From NCBI RefSeq assembly GCF_009834535.1, contig NC_045696.1, positions 25,174,001-25,238,000 on the forward strand: DNA of 64,000 nt, read 5' to 3'. Positions within the stretch are counted from its first letter, which is position 1. Each line of letters begins with the position of its first letter. The notes beneath the pieces were generated by a model, which did not search any database, had not been told where the DNA came from, and was given only the letters and a program-made list of their open reading frames with translations. Position numbers and translations under genes: made by a program. This DNA comes from Camelus ferus (Eukaryota). Shown here piece by piece: positions 38,792 to 51,050 of this stretch.

Positions 38792-39574
38792 TGAGTTATT
38801 TATCTGTAATCTCAAGAATTGCCACAGAACATTTTTATTTGGGTTGCTTTTGCTTATTAATTTTTCAATGTGAAATGGGCATCCAGATCTCAAAAGGCTA
38901 GTTTAAGGAAATGAAAAATGAGACAGCATGTTCAAAATTATATTTTTTTTCTAAAATTCATGTTACACCATGAGATTTCTCAAAGGTAAACTATAATTCC
39001 CTTAATATCTTATTTCTGTCTCTTTGCATGAAAAATAGCCAATACTATAAGGAAAAACTGACCAAGTTCAAGCAGGCTTTGAAAACCAGAGATAATTTAA
39101 TTATGTTTAAGACATAGAGGCTATTCCTGTTTATCCTTGTCCTTCTCATTTTCTGAGGTCATGCAACCAGAAGCCACCATTCTGAATAAATTGATATGTG
39201 ATATTAATAGCCAGTTGGAAGCAACAATTTACTTCACTATAAATACTAGCTAGATATTAAGTAAACAAATAATCTATTGTGACATAAAATGGTCTCCATG
39301 GTATTAATCTAATTTAGTATGGATAAGTGACAGCTTGCAGCTGAATCATGCCGGCACTCTAAACATGCCTTGGATGCCTCTGGTGCAAATTGAAATGTGA
39401 CCTCAGCCAGTTGTTAAGTTGATAGTTATACTGACATGTCCAGCTGAGTGACAACATGGTCTTCAGCTTCCCAGGAGTGAAGATCCACTGACCTAATAGA
39501 TCGCTTTGTAGATTCACATCTAGAATTTGATATATAGTTATTTATAAAATAAAATGTTATTATGTCTGATATTC

Positions 39575-39740
39575 TGGGTGTTTCTAAGCAGTGAAGATAC
39601 ATTTTTCCTTTTAATGCTCATAATATGTGTGCAAGTTGTGGTTATCTCTGTCTCACAGATGAGGAAATGGAGAATCCGTGAAGTTAAGTAAATTCACTAA
39701 GGTCGTACAGCTGGTGACTGGCAGAAACAGAATTTTCCTC
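39575..39740 (-). mobile_element. MIR SINE
   Basis: ttatctctgtctcacagatgaggaaatggagaatccgtgaagttaagtaaattcactaaggtcgtacagctggtgactggcagaa. Confidence 0.75.
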
Positions 39741-40474
39741 TAAGTAATTCACCCCTAAATAATTTTAAAGCAAAGATGTTTTGAAATCTACTTGTTGCTC
39801 ATGTTGGAAAAATCGGTATGTCAGTTACTTTTGCAGGGGTAGGTTAAAAAAAAAAGTCTTAAAATTTTAAACCCTTAGAAGGGCAATACAGGTATCTCGG
39901 TTTTACCTACATTGACCATTGCATTTTTGCTGTGAGCCACTCCTTATGCTTTCAGTTCTGGCAATCTCAACCAACTCTTAATTCCCGAATCTCATTCTGG
40001 TCTTGCATACTTCTGTGCATCTTCACATGCCATTCCCTCTGCTTTGAAGGTCCTCTCACCCTGCCACGTAAGCCCTTACATTCATATACCCATCTGTCTA
40101 ATAAACCCAATCATCCTTCACATCTATGTTAGTTTCCTATTGGTACCTTATAAGGCAGCTTAAACAACAGAAAGCCAGAAATTGGAAAAGGGGGGCCCGA
40201 AGCCAAGGAACACAGTGGCCTTTAGAAGCTGAGAAATGCCCTGAGGTTACAGCCAGAAGGAAAACTGAGATATGGTCCTATAGCCCTAAGAAATTGAATT
40301 CAGCCAACAACCTGAGTGAGCAGCAAATGGATTTTCCACTAGAGCCTCCACACGGAATGTTTCCTGCTGACAACTTGATCTTAGCCCCATGAGACCTTTA
40401 CAAGACTTCTGACCTGCAAAACTGTGACATAATATCGGTGTGTTTTTGAATCTGCTAAGTTTATGGTGATTTTC

Positions 40475-41287
40475 TGAGACACTGAATATACAAATGGACA
40501 ATAGCCAGATCACATATAAAAATAGAAATCTGACCTATAACCTCTGCAGCAACCAGTCTAAGAGGTCAAACCACAACCTCTGTAGCAATTGACCCCAAAG
40601 CACCAGGACTCGATCAGTGACTTCCAACTTCTCTAGTTTTTGAGCCGTTCATCAGCTTAAGACTGACCAGAGACAGCCAAAGATGCTTTCCATATTTGAT
40701 CTCCATAACCAAACACATAGAACTCCCTGCTTCTAATTAGCCCTCCTCCAGCTTCCCCATGCCAACAGCCTCCAATCAGGGCACATGTTAAGCTTTCTCT
40801 TTTTGTTCACTATAAGCAGCTATGCAGTTGTCCCTCTGATTGGTTCCAGGAACCCTGTGGATACCAAAATCCTCAGAAGGTCAATTCACTTACATAAAAT
40901 GGTGTAGGTGTCTGCATGTAACCTATGTGCACTCTCCCAAATACTTTAAATCTTTTCTAGATTACTTATAATACCTCATGCAAAGTAAATGCTATGTAAA
41001 TAGTTGTAAATACAATGTAAATACTATGCCAATAGTTTCTAGTGCACAGCAAATTCAAGTTTTACTTTTTGGAACTTTCTGGAATTTTTTTTCCTCCTTG
41101 AATATTTTTGATTTATGGTGGATTGAATCTGCAATGTGGAACCCATGGATATTCAGAGGCAACTATACTCACCTGCATGCCTTCAGGTCTCTGCCAAACA
41201 CAAATGGTGGTGGCTAACTCTCTCCCATAGCAGGCTCGGAGTAAAAAAGCCTTTGCCTGCTTCCATATAGATGGTTTTCTTTCCACA
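40475..41287 (+). mobile_element. ERVL solo LTR (MER54/MER73/MER74-like), interrupted by a Tigger MITE
   Basis: tgagacactgaa...aaaaatagaaatctgacctataacctctgcagcaaccag...ccagcttccccatgccaacagcctccaatcagggca...cactataagc | resumes at ~41168 with ggtctctgccaaacacaa...agcctttgc...ttccaca. Confidence 0.65.
40825..41165 (+). mobile_element. TcMar-Tigger non-autonomous DNA transposon (MER2/MER2B-like)
   Basis: Imperfect terminal inverted repeats cagttgtccctc ... cagaggcaacta, TA-like flanks, and internal ggttccaggaaccctgtggataccaaaatcc, ctagattacttataatacct, gaacccatggata. Confidence 0.85.
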
Positions 41288-41312
41288 GTTTGTCATGGCA
41301 GCAGTAGAAGAG

Positions 41313-41839
41313 TGTTACTCCAGAAGGGGAAAGCCTTGGTTCTTGTCTTGCCCAAGAGGGAAGAATTCAGAAGGGGGACAAAGCGTTGTGTAGTGAAAGA
41401 TTTTAAAGGTTTTATTAGCAAAGCGGAAGTAGACCTCCAAGGGCGGGAGGCGGGCTGATGCAGGAGGGGCTGGCAGCCTGGTCTTTGTCTGTCCTTTCTG
41501 GCTTAGGGGTGGGCTCTTGATTGATTGAGGGCTCTTGCCCCTGGAGTGCTTAGTCATGCCCATCCCCCTCTGCACATGCCCTTAACCGTGGTGTGTACAG
41601 AAAAACCCACGGATAAACCACAATGCTTATTAAATTACAGTGGGCATTGGGTCATGTCCAGTTAGGTATTTGTCTAGCATGAAGTTGCAGCCATCTGATT
41701 CCTGCCGGTCTCTTGCTGACACTCATTTAGAGGAGGTAAAAGCCCTTATGCTGAAAGCGGGCATATCACCATCTTCCGGACCATCCTTCCTCTCCTCCAC
41801 CTATCTGCCCAGTTCCCCCACTTATCTAACTGCCTAGCA
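41313..41839 (-). mobile_element. ERV1-like solo LTR, relatively young
   Basis: TG...CA ends (tgttactcc ... gcctagca), minus-strand AATAAA (tttatt ~41411-41416), retained CpGs and GC boxes (gggcgggaggcggg). Inserted in the MLT1 terminus. Confidence 0.7.
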
Positions 41840-44427
41840 AAACTACTAGCTCTGCTGCGGGGGTAACTTGGGTTGTAACCTCAGTGGCTGGAACAGGATA
41901 GGATCTGTGAACAAAAGCCGTAAGGGACCATGCAGAGATGTGCACCACTGAGCATCTTTACAAGGTAGAGACAAAGGAGGTGAAAAAAGGGCCAGCTTTC
42001 AACAGAGGTAGTGTGGGGTGGGAAAGGCACCACAGCACCAAACTGGATTCACATCAGGGTTCTCTCTTCACATGGTAGATTGGTCATGACTGGAGCTACT
42101 TAGCTCCTATGAAATGTGGACAGCATGGGGCCAGCCCCACGAGGTAGATACTACACTCTTTACGAAACTAGCACGTGGGTACTCGAGTCATTAACTGGAA
42201 AAATAAAAGAGATTTATTGATGTTTTTTGCTCAGGTTTGTGGAGCATGAAATCATGGCTACCTTTCATTTCCACTTTGAGCACTCTGTATAGTTTGAATT
42301 ATTTATATTGAGCAGGCATTACTTTTATGATCAGAAAAAGAAAACAACACAAAGACATGCTAATTTTGCAAAGCAAAGCAAAACAAAACCAAACCCAGAG
42401 GTCTATATTCTCTTTTCTTTTCTGAATTAACCTTCATGAAACAAGTCTTTTCAATTATTTGTGAATACGAAAAAGATAAGTTCCTGAATATCCGTATAGT
42501 TTGCTATGAATTTTCTCTCAACTTCCAATTTTTATGCTTAATTTTATGCAAGTGGATTATAACCAACTTTAATTTCTTATTTAAAACATTGCCATCTCTA
42601 GTCTCAAAGGTATCTTTTCATTACCCTCAGGACTGTCAGATGTTGAAGCACATTTCATTATATCTTAATTATTTTACGCCCTCATTGAGAGGAGAAAGAT
42701 TCACCTAAGTGTGGTGTTTTAGAAATCATTAAGAAATACTCTATCCGAACTATACGGGAACAAAAATAAAGTATGTTACTAATGGGCCATCATTGTTGAA
42801 CCGTGTCCCTGTGGCCATTGCAAACAATTACCAGCAAAATGGCACTATGTTAATTCAAAGGTTGGAGTTACCCTCTTAAGAGCTGAGGTTACAGCTCTTT
42901 CCCATCTGTTAATTTCATATTATTAGAATTTAGATTTCTTGAGGAAGCAGATGGCTATAAACTTTAACAGGTGTTTATGGTGCACTGCCTTAACTTTAAA
43001 CGCTGAACAGGTACAGCTTGAAGTTTGCTGGGCTGCACAGGGAATTAGTACTTTAAATGATGTGTGGGTAGAGAATTAATTTGTTTTGAACTACCTGAAG
43101 AAAATTCAATATACTGTACACAGTGGTTCATGCTTACTTGACATGGTGCAATACAATGAGAAATGTCAAAAAAAAAAAAAAAAAGATTTAAAGAAACCTT
43201 GAACTGCATTCTTCAAACCAGCCTACCACCTTTCCTCCTAATAAAATACGGAACAAGAACATGATCCAAGGTACTGCAGTGGATAAAAGTGGAACAAATA
43301 GGGAAGCATTCATGCATCAATGACTGCTTCAATAGATATGTGCGGAGCACGGCTCATCTCTGCTCCCCTGAAATAAAAATAAAATGCAAATCTGCATTCT
43401 TATTCTGTACATCTTCACAAATATTTTATACGTACATAATGTTATGTTTCGCTTGACAATATTCCATCTCACTTGAATGGAGCACTTTCTATTGTTCTGT
43501 AAGTTCACACAGTGAAAACAAACAAATAAATAAAAGAGAAGAGAGCAATATGATGCCTAGAATTGTATGTACTTTTTGCAAAAATACGAATTCTTGAAAA
43601 ACAAGGACTATAGCTTTCCACATATCTGAAATAAATATAAAAACTCTGAATGATGACTATGATATGGATTTATTCAATCAACTATTTAATAATATTTTTT
43701 GCCTAAAGCATAGATCTCCCCTGAGTTTCCTGTTGTTATGACTGCAACAGGGATTCAGACTTTGACTGGTCAGCCCTGTAGGTAGGACTTAACTTGACTG
43801 CTTTATTCCCAGCAAGTAGGCACATTTCCAGGCACATGTAATCACTTGATACTATTTGTTGAATTTATTAAATGTGTCATAGAGGCAAAGAGACTACAGG
43901 AAACCAAATGTTTATATTTTATAACTGGTGGTGAAACTGCAGACTAAATATTGAGGTGTTTATACAATTGAAAGTCCTTTTCATGCTGTAAGCATGGAAA
44001 GGATGCTGCTGATTTCTGCAGAATTACTGCTGTTATGTAAACTCAAGGAAAGAAATAATGTGTCACTAATAATGATGGAATTAACCAGCAGTAAAGCTTG
44101 TGGATAAAACTTGCTTCTATTTGTTCTGGAATTGGTTGATGTCCTAGGTCACTTATTTTGCCTAAAGTCTACCAGATGACATGTTGGTTCTCTGCTCTTC
44201 TTGGATTTGTTGGACTGTCAAAATGATCCTGCTTTCAGCTCTCTCATGTTGTTGAAAAACTTTGGTAGCCATGCACGGTTCGTGACTACAAACTGGATCA
44301 TGCTAGTCCCTCCTAAAATATAACTTGACTATTGAATGGCCCTCAGAATTTGCAAATCCTGACTCAAATGTGTGTCCTTTAAGAATAAAGATCAGTAAAG
44401 AAAATCATTTAAATGATTGCCTAGGGG

Positions 44428-44866
44428 TGTTCTCCTGGATATCTTCTATTTAGCAATCCAGATCCACTCTGCCTTTTCCAACTTACTTTGTCTTCAGGGA
44501 AGCTGACTGATATGGACTGTGTCAGTGGTCTTCCCTTTGTCTGAGAATCACCAAAATGTCGGAAAGAGGCATTCAAGAGAAGCCAGGATACTGACATTAG
44601 TTCCCTACTCTCTGGCTGTGAGGTTGTCTTTAGCTGATTGTTTCCCTCAACTAAAGTCCACAGGTCCTGGTTCCAGTAACCTGATCCCTCTTTCTGCCTC
44701 TTTAGTCCTAGATATAGTAAAATGCCCTGCTGTACTGAACCCGTTCTTCGTAGTTTTTCTACACAACAGCCTGCACTTTTGTAAATAGCGCCTTTATTAA
44801 ATTCTCCTCAATTTACCCAATTTGAGTGCACGCAATCTGTTTTCTGCCCGGACCCTGATTGATACA
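44428..44866 (+). mobile_element. ERVL solo LTR (LTR33-like)
   Basis: ccagatccactct...gaagctgac..tatggactg...cacttttgtaaatagcgcctttattaaattctcctcaa...atctgttttctgcccggaccctgattgataca. Confidence 0.7.
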
Positions 44867-45879
44867 GTCTCTTACGTGATAACTAAAACATTTTAAAGTA
44901 TTCAAGGTTTTAAATTGCACCCATTTGTTACCTTAGGTTTCTTAAGTGATAGAATATTGGAAGAAAATGGTTAAGAAATTCCTCTTACCTGCCTTTTTTT
45001 TTTTCCTTTTCAGTAAAGAAATTCCATTTACTTGCAACTATTTTAAAGTTAAGTAACTATTTAGAATTGAGGAGAAAATAATAAAGCTGCTCTTTTGAGA
45101 AATGGAAGCTGTCAAAGCTTTATTACCAAGAGGAAGCACCGAAAGTAATCAAGGCCCTTTTGCAAAATGTGATGTGTACTTTCCTGTCAAACTCCATTAA
45201 CTTACAGGTTTGAATTATAGTTCTATTTCACAAAATAGTATGATGGAATCAGACATAATATTAGAAGCTGAGAGTTCTGTTTAAAATTGCCTTTTTGTTT
45301 TGTTCTGGAGAGGAATAGAACATTCTGAAATATATCCTCCTAGTCAACTGCTAATAGCTATTCAATAGCCACCTGCATCGAATTCGGCTGTTCTCAGAAT
45401 AGAACACCTTGATATTCCAGAGGGGAAAGTGTTTGCTCTCCTATTTGTGTGCAAGTGAGCTGCAAGGTGAACTCCTTGTGAACCAATTGGAAAAATGCTA
45501 TCTTTATGTGGCCCATAAATTGGGTATTTCTGTCCTCTGTCGGCTACATATCGGTAACCTGAGTTCATCCCACCGGTGTCTAATTATGTGCCACAGGATC
45601 GCATGTGGGCAGGAGCATATAAAAAAGACTGGAAGATCTTATATAAAAAACTGTGTATATTATTATGAGCTTTTTTTCTTTAAGGCTTTTTGCAAAAGAC
45701 AGAGAGAGACATCCTACAGAACAGTTTAGCCAGGAATGTGTTGGGTCAGTTAGCCAATTTTTGCAAAATTTGAAAGGATTTTTAAAATATTTATTTGGAA
45801 AAGTTGTTGACATGAAGTCACCATTAGTTTTAGATGGCTGTGACAACTAGTATAATTAGTTACCCCAAAAAAAGCCCTC

Positions 45880-46010
45880 TCTCTTTTTACCTCCTTACCC
45901 ACTAGTGAAATGGAGATGATCCTAGTTGTCTTCTAGAACAATCCTGGGGAGCAAATGAGATCAAGTCCCATAAAGCCTTAGCACAGTCCCTGGCATACTT
46001 GGCTGTCATT
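45880..46010 (+). mobile_element. MIR SINE fragment
   Basis: gtgaaatggagatgat...caaatgagat...taaagccttagcacagtccctggcata. Confidence 0.55.
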
Positions 46011-47239
46011 GCTTTTGTCTCTTCCTGTGTTCAACAAAAGTGCTGCTCCTTGCTGTTTTGAGTAGGAGGAGTGGATTTTGGTAAGGAAGATTAAGGCTAG
46101 GTTGGAGGCAGGGAAAGGCTGCTGTGAGACCTTTAGACAAGAGAAAGTTCAAGTGCTCAAATAGAGCATCCTAGGGGCACTTTCCAGGTCAAGACGCATT
46201 CACGCTCTTGGACTTAAGAGGAAGAGGTGAGGAGGGACTGCTCTAGACCACCACTGCTTGCCTGTGTTGGTTGCAGCCCGTCTGTAGGGAAGCTGTTTAG
46301 CTCTGCTTAGATTCTATGTTTTTCACTATCTAGCTTCTTTCCACATAATAATTCTATCACCAGAAGTGTAGTTAAACTTACACAAGCTCTCTACAGTTTC
46401 AAATATCCCCTCTCAACTTTACTCCTTTCCACCTGGAGTATTGTACCATTTCTGAAAGTGTCATCCATTTCTGCCCACAGCTCCAGGGGGTACCCCCTTA
46501 ATTAAGTTCCCCTTAAGTACCTCCATGTGAAGGTGTCATCTGTTTTCTGACTGCTCTCTGACTGAAAAAGGAAGCGTTACAGGAACGGGCACCCCAGCAT
46601 CTGGCCAAACTAGTATCGCACCCAACAGCCTTGTGGACATGGGCTAGTAGGAGTCAAAGTTGCACTGTCCAACTCTTCTCCCATCTCAACCCTGCGTCTC
46701 CCCGGTGCTTGGTTATTGTTCAGATACTTTGCTGCCCTCACTCTCCAGGTAGAGGGGCACAGCTGTGCACTCTCACAGTCTGCCATCCCCCATAGCCTCC
46801 GAAAACACAGAAGCCTTCTCCCAGGCTTCTTCCCTTGCTCGGCCACCCCAGAGTTACACGGGGGCAGTTTTCACTGGTTCAGTCACTGCTTTACATTATA
46901 GTCTAATGCTGTCCTCATTTGCTATCTAGTCTGAATAATTTAATAACTTATAATTTGTTTCTAAACTTAATATCATTTCTGCGTTTTTGGGTGTTTGCCA
47001 TTTCTTGTCGTGTTATATATAGCTGATTTGAAGATTTCCATCTCTAATTAATGTTTTAATTATCATAAACTGTTTCTCACATTTGAATATACAAAATTGA
47101 AAAAGCAGTAAGGTTTCTTCGTGATATGCTCTGGATTCCAAGAAGGGTGTAGTCACTCCCTTGTGTCAGAGGCTCTAAGTCCCTTCTCTTGCTTCTTGAG
47201 GAGAGTGTTTCTTAGAGTCAGTCTTTTACTTTTTCTTGG

Positions 47240-47420
47240 TCAGGCATTCACTACCTGTTTCATTTTGGAAGATACACTCGATGTCTCTGAACCTTCCTTT
47301 TTGCATTTAGAAAAGGGGGGCTCTGTACATCCCCACAGGATGTTAGAATAGAATGTAGTAATATGTATGTACAGCACGTCTATCCATGGCGGTACATACT
47401 AAGCATATGATTAGTGTTAG
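47240..47420 (+). mobile_element. MIR SINE fragment
   Basis: tctctgaaccttcctttttgcatttagaaaagggg...cacaggatgttagaat...gtacatactaagca. Confidence 0.5.
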
Positions 47421-48164
47421 TCAACTCTGTTAAACATCAATATTAATTTGTAGATTCACAGCCTCAGAGCAACAGAACCCCAACATCTGTGGGAAAAAAC
47501 TACATTTTTTTTCCTTTCCTGAGAGCTTAGTTTAATGCAAATTCTGGATATAACATCCAGAGCTATTAATATGCAAGATAACTTGGGCTAATAATTCCTT
47601 TAATAATTAACTTTAGCTCATAAACTCTACCAGTTCCAGAGTCTGAGCAGAAAATGAACAATAAATTAGGTAAGGTTTTAAGCTATTTTTGTTTTCTATA
47701 AGAAGCTTTACTCATAATTATGTAAGGGGACAGGTAGATAATATAAAGTCAATACAGAAAATACTTCATCCTCTAGTAAGTATTATTACTAATATATAAA
47801 TATATTTTAAATATATAATTTTATATAATGTATATAGTATAATACACTTATAATTTTAAATACTGTTTTGCAAGTTTAGTTTTATCTTACTGTTGAACAC
47901 TAATTATTTACAAATTCTTAGCAGTCTAACACTGTCTTAAAAAAGCATGTATTCACATTCTTAGCATAACCTAGTTAATCTTGTAAATACAAGAGGTAAT
48001 AGGTATAGATAGCTCATGAAATTATGTTAATTTTAGAATTTTCTCTGTTTTATCTCATTGCTTTATTTAGGTTAATTTTATGTATTAAGTCCCTTGTTCA
48101 AAAATAAGAAAAAAGGCTTCCATTAATGTGTTCAAAGATGAATTTGTCATTTTAAATTTATTAT

Positions 48165-48450
48165 TCCTTTGTATTCAGAGATTCACCAAACATATTTTAA
48201 AATGATGTAGTGACAAATGTGGGGAAAACAAGGAGGATTAGACACAGATCCTACCCTCAAGAAGTTTGTGTCTAAAATGGTGAAATAAGCAATACATAAG
48301 TGGATTAAGTGTGGATTTGTGCTATCATAGAAGTGTCTACAGGCACTGTGGATTGCCAAGGAGGAAGGGATGATGTCTCTTGCATTTAACAGGTTAGGTT
48401 ATATTAAGAAGATGATGCTGGAGTAGGTTTTAAAAAAATAAAGTTCTCCA
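48165..48450 (-). mobile_element. L2 3' fragment
   Basis: attcaccaaacatatt...agacacagatcctaccctcaagaagtttgtgtcta. Confidence 0.5.
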
Positions 48451-49280
48451 GTGGTCATGATTAGAATAAAATTCATGGAGGAATTCATCCCTTGTAATAG
48501 AGATGACTTATTGTTTGTCTCGTGTTGGCTTTAGAGCTAATCGTTATCTGTTAGAAATAAATCCACTAAAGCATTTTTCCAAATAAATATTATGCTTGAG
48601 TAGCATCCTTTTAAGCTTCTCAAAAATATTCTAAATTCCCGTATATGTCCCCAGTGAACAATGTCAATGTTAGGTACTTAAAAGAGCATAATTTCCTTAC
48701 TCTTGCACCTAGTTCTCTTAATGAATATTTTATTGTAAAATATAAGTTTTGCTCAAAAATTTTTATTAATCAGGTAAAATTGGGAAATACTTAAAAATGG
48801 TCAAAGGAAAATAATACTTTATTCAATGCCTGTGTACTCTTCCAGAATATCCTCAATTTTCATTGTCTTTGAGCTATTGCAACTCTCAATTGTTAGATAA
48901 CCATGCAAATGGAGGGCAATTGGTGTCCCCAAACCAGAAAAAGTCAGTTTTCTATTTGTATATTCATTTTGCTCTGCTGAAAGACCTAAGTATATAGTAC
49001 TTCAAATTCTTCTGGGAGCCAGTGGTAACCTTTTAGTGAGTCTTCCATTAATCAATGAGTTAAATGAAACCTTTGACACGTTTTTATTTTATTCTTGTGT
49101 GAGAATTTTGATTTTAACAGTTCTTGGAAATATCTTTTAATACTACTATCACTTGTAGTGAGATTTAGCCCTAATAAAGGCAGCCAGGACACACCTGGTA
49201 CAAATAGCAGACACCTTCTCCATGTGGTATAGGACAGTTGAGGAGGAAAAATGTTCATATTTTTTATTATTAAAAATAAT

Positions 49281-49405
49281 TTATACAGTATGTGTAATAT
49301 ATGTGGCATATACAGTATGTATTGTATATGGTATATACAGTATATAGTATATATATGGTATATACAGTACATATTGTATATATACTTACATATATATGTA
49401 TATCA
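49281..49405. repeat. Degenerate AT-rich tandem repeat (tatacagtat / atatggtata units)
   Basis: tatatggtatatacagta occurs twice; tatacagtatgt occurs twice. Confidence 0.7.
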
Positions 49406-50834
49406 GTATCATAGTGGTGTATATAAAATATTAAAAGTCCCTGAGGAAGATGTGAAAGGTTGCTTCATACAAGGGGCAATATCTGTGTTTATATTTTAAG
49501 AAAGTTGAGATTGAATAACATTTTAGGCATAGGACATTATTCTTGGTCAAAGATGTGATAAATACAGAAATGTGAAAAGGCACAGCGTGCCTGTGAATTA
49601 ATTCATAGCAGCAGCTGTGAATTAAACTACATATGGACACGAGGGAGAAAAATGGTTAGTAATGATCCTGGAAAAAGTAGCTAATGACACATTGTGAAGA
49701 TTATTGTATTGGAGAATTTAGAATTGATCCACTTGGCAACACAGTGCCATTAAAGAGGTGACATGATCCAATTTGATTTTTTTTTTTAATGAATCAAGCA
49801 AAGACTGGCTTAGACAATTCAATGTTGTAGTCAAAAAGAGCCATTAGAGGCTGAAGTATATTTGGTCAAGTTGATGGGACACTATTTGGCCTAGGCCAGG
49901 AGCACTGGAGATAGATCACAGAGTAATAGCATGTGCCATTAGAATGAAAAATATGCATATTTTTGCACTAGAGGAATGAAAAACAAAGAACTTTATTTTT
50001 CACCCTATGTAAATTTTGGACGTGACGATTACCCTCAGATCAAAGCCAGTAAAATTAGGCTGCTTCATATTTATATCTGCCAACTGTACAATACTAAATT
50101 TCTTTTGTGTTCATTTTGATGTTTACAAGATGAGTAACTTTAAAAAAAAATCTAATGTGTATATTTGTTAAATAAATTTCAAAATTTAAAAGTATCACAG
50201 ATTTCTGGGCATCTTATATTTTCCCCTTTTCTAACTGAGTTGCATCGTTAGTAATCTGTCAGCTTGTAAAGTACTCATGAAGGAAAGCTCATTCATCAAT
50301 GGGTGCTCTAGTCATCTGAAAAACAGTACTATGCATGCAGTATTTTTAAATTATTGAGCAATAGTTGATGCTGTTTTTGTCTATGAGGCACAAATTCTTT
50401 TCAAAAAGTTTTAGGGCATCTTAGCTTAAAGAACCTAAAAATAGTTTACATCGTGCCTTTGATTACTAAGTGTAAGAAAATTAGGGACTCAAATCAATAC
50501 CAAACTTGTTTTCAGCCTGATTAAGAGCTTCATTCTGTGTGCTATTTTTAAACCCAGTTAATAAATATAAATACTGTTTCGATTGAAAATTCCTACCTAG
50601 ATTTCAATACCTATATTTTTCATTTCAAAAAATGAAGGGCAAATATAAAAATTTGCTGTATTTCCTGTAGGCAGCATGATTAATACCATAATCAAGTGTT
50701 TGTAAAGTGCCTAATTATGCATATTGCTGTCTAAGCTCGTGCTTTCCCCCTTAGGATTTATAGATCTTACCTATGTACGTACGTTTGTATGTATGTATTA
50801 TGTATTTATAGTTAGTGATAGATAAACTTCTGCA

Positions 50835-51050
50835 GTCATTTACTGTCATCTAATATTTGTGTATAGTTCTAAGTCTTATAATACTTTTGCTTGCACCTTC
50901 ATATTAATTCTTTGCTCAACACTCTGAATTAGTATTCTTGGCACTGGCTAATGAGGAAATTACCTTAGAGCGGTTAAAGTGTTTTATCTAACTTCATGCA
51001 ATAAGTGGCAAAGGAAGAAATAGTGTCCTGATGTCAACTTGAGTGCATTT
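50835..51050 (-). mobile_element. MIR SINE
   Basis: attaattctttgctcaacactctg...aatgaggaaattaccttagagcggttaa...ataagtggcaaag. Confidence 0.5.

Larger units (their letters stand above)
40190..41848 (+). mobile_element. MaLR LTR (MLT1D/E-like), split by two later LTR insertions (pieces ~40190-40474, 41288-41312, 41840-41848)
   Basis: agccaaggaacacagtggcctttagaagctgag...ttgaattcagccaacaacctgagtgagc...ctaagtttatggtgattt | gtttgtcatggcagcagtagaagag | aaactacta reconstitutes the usual MLT1 terminus. Confidence 0.7.

Noticed and set aside
39361..39441. p53 response element
   Set aside because: Only isolated half-sites (AAACATGCCT; TGACATGTCC ~70 bp away), with no adjacent second decamer.
49052..49499. 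Tyr/Ile-rich ORFs on both strands
   Set aside because: They are translations of a degenerate AT-rich tandem repeat.
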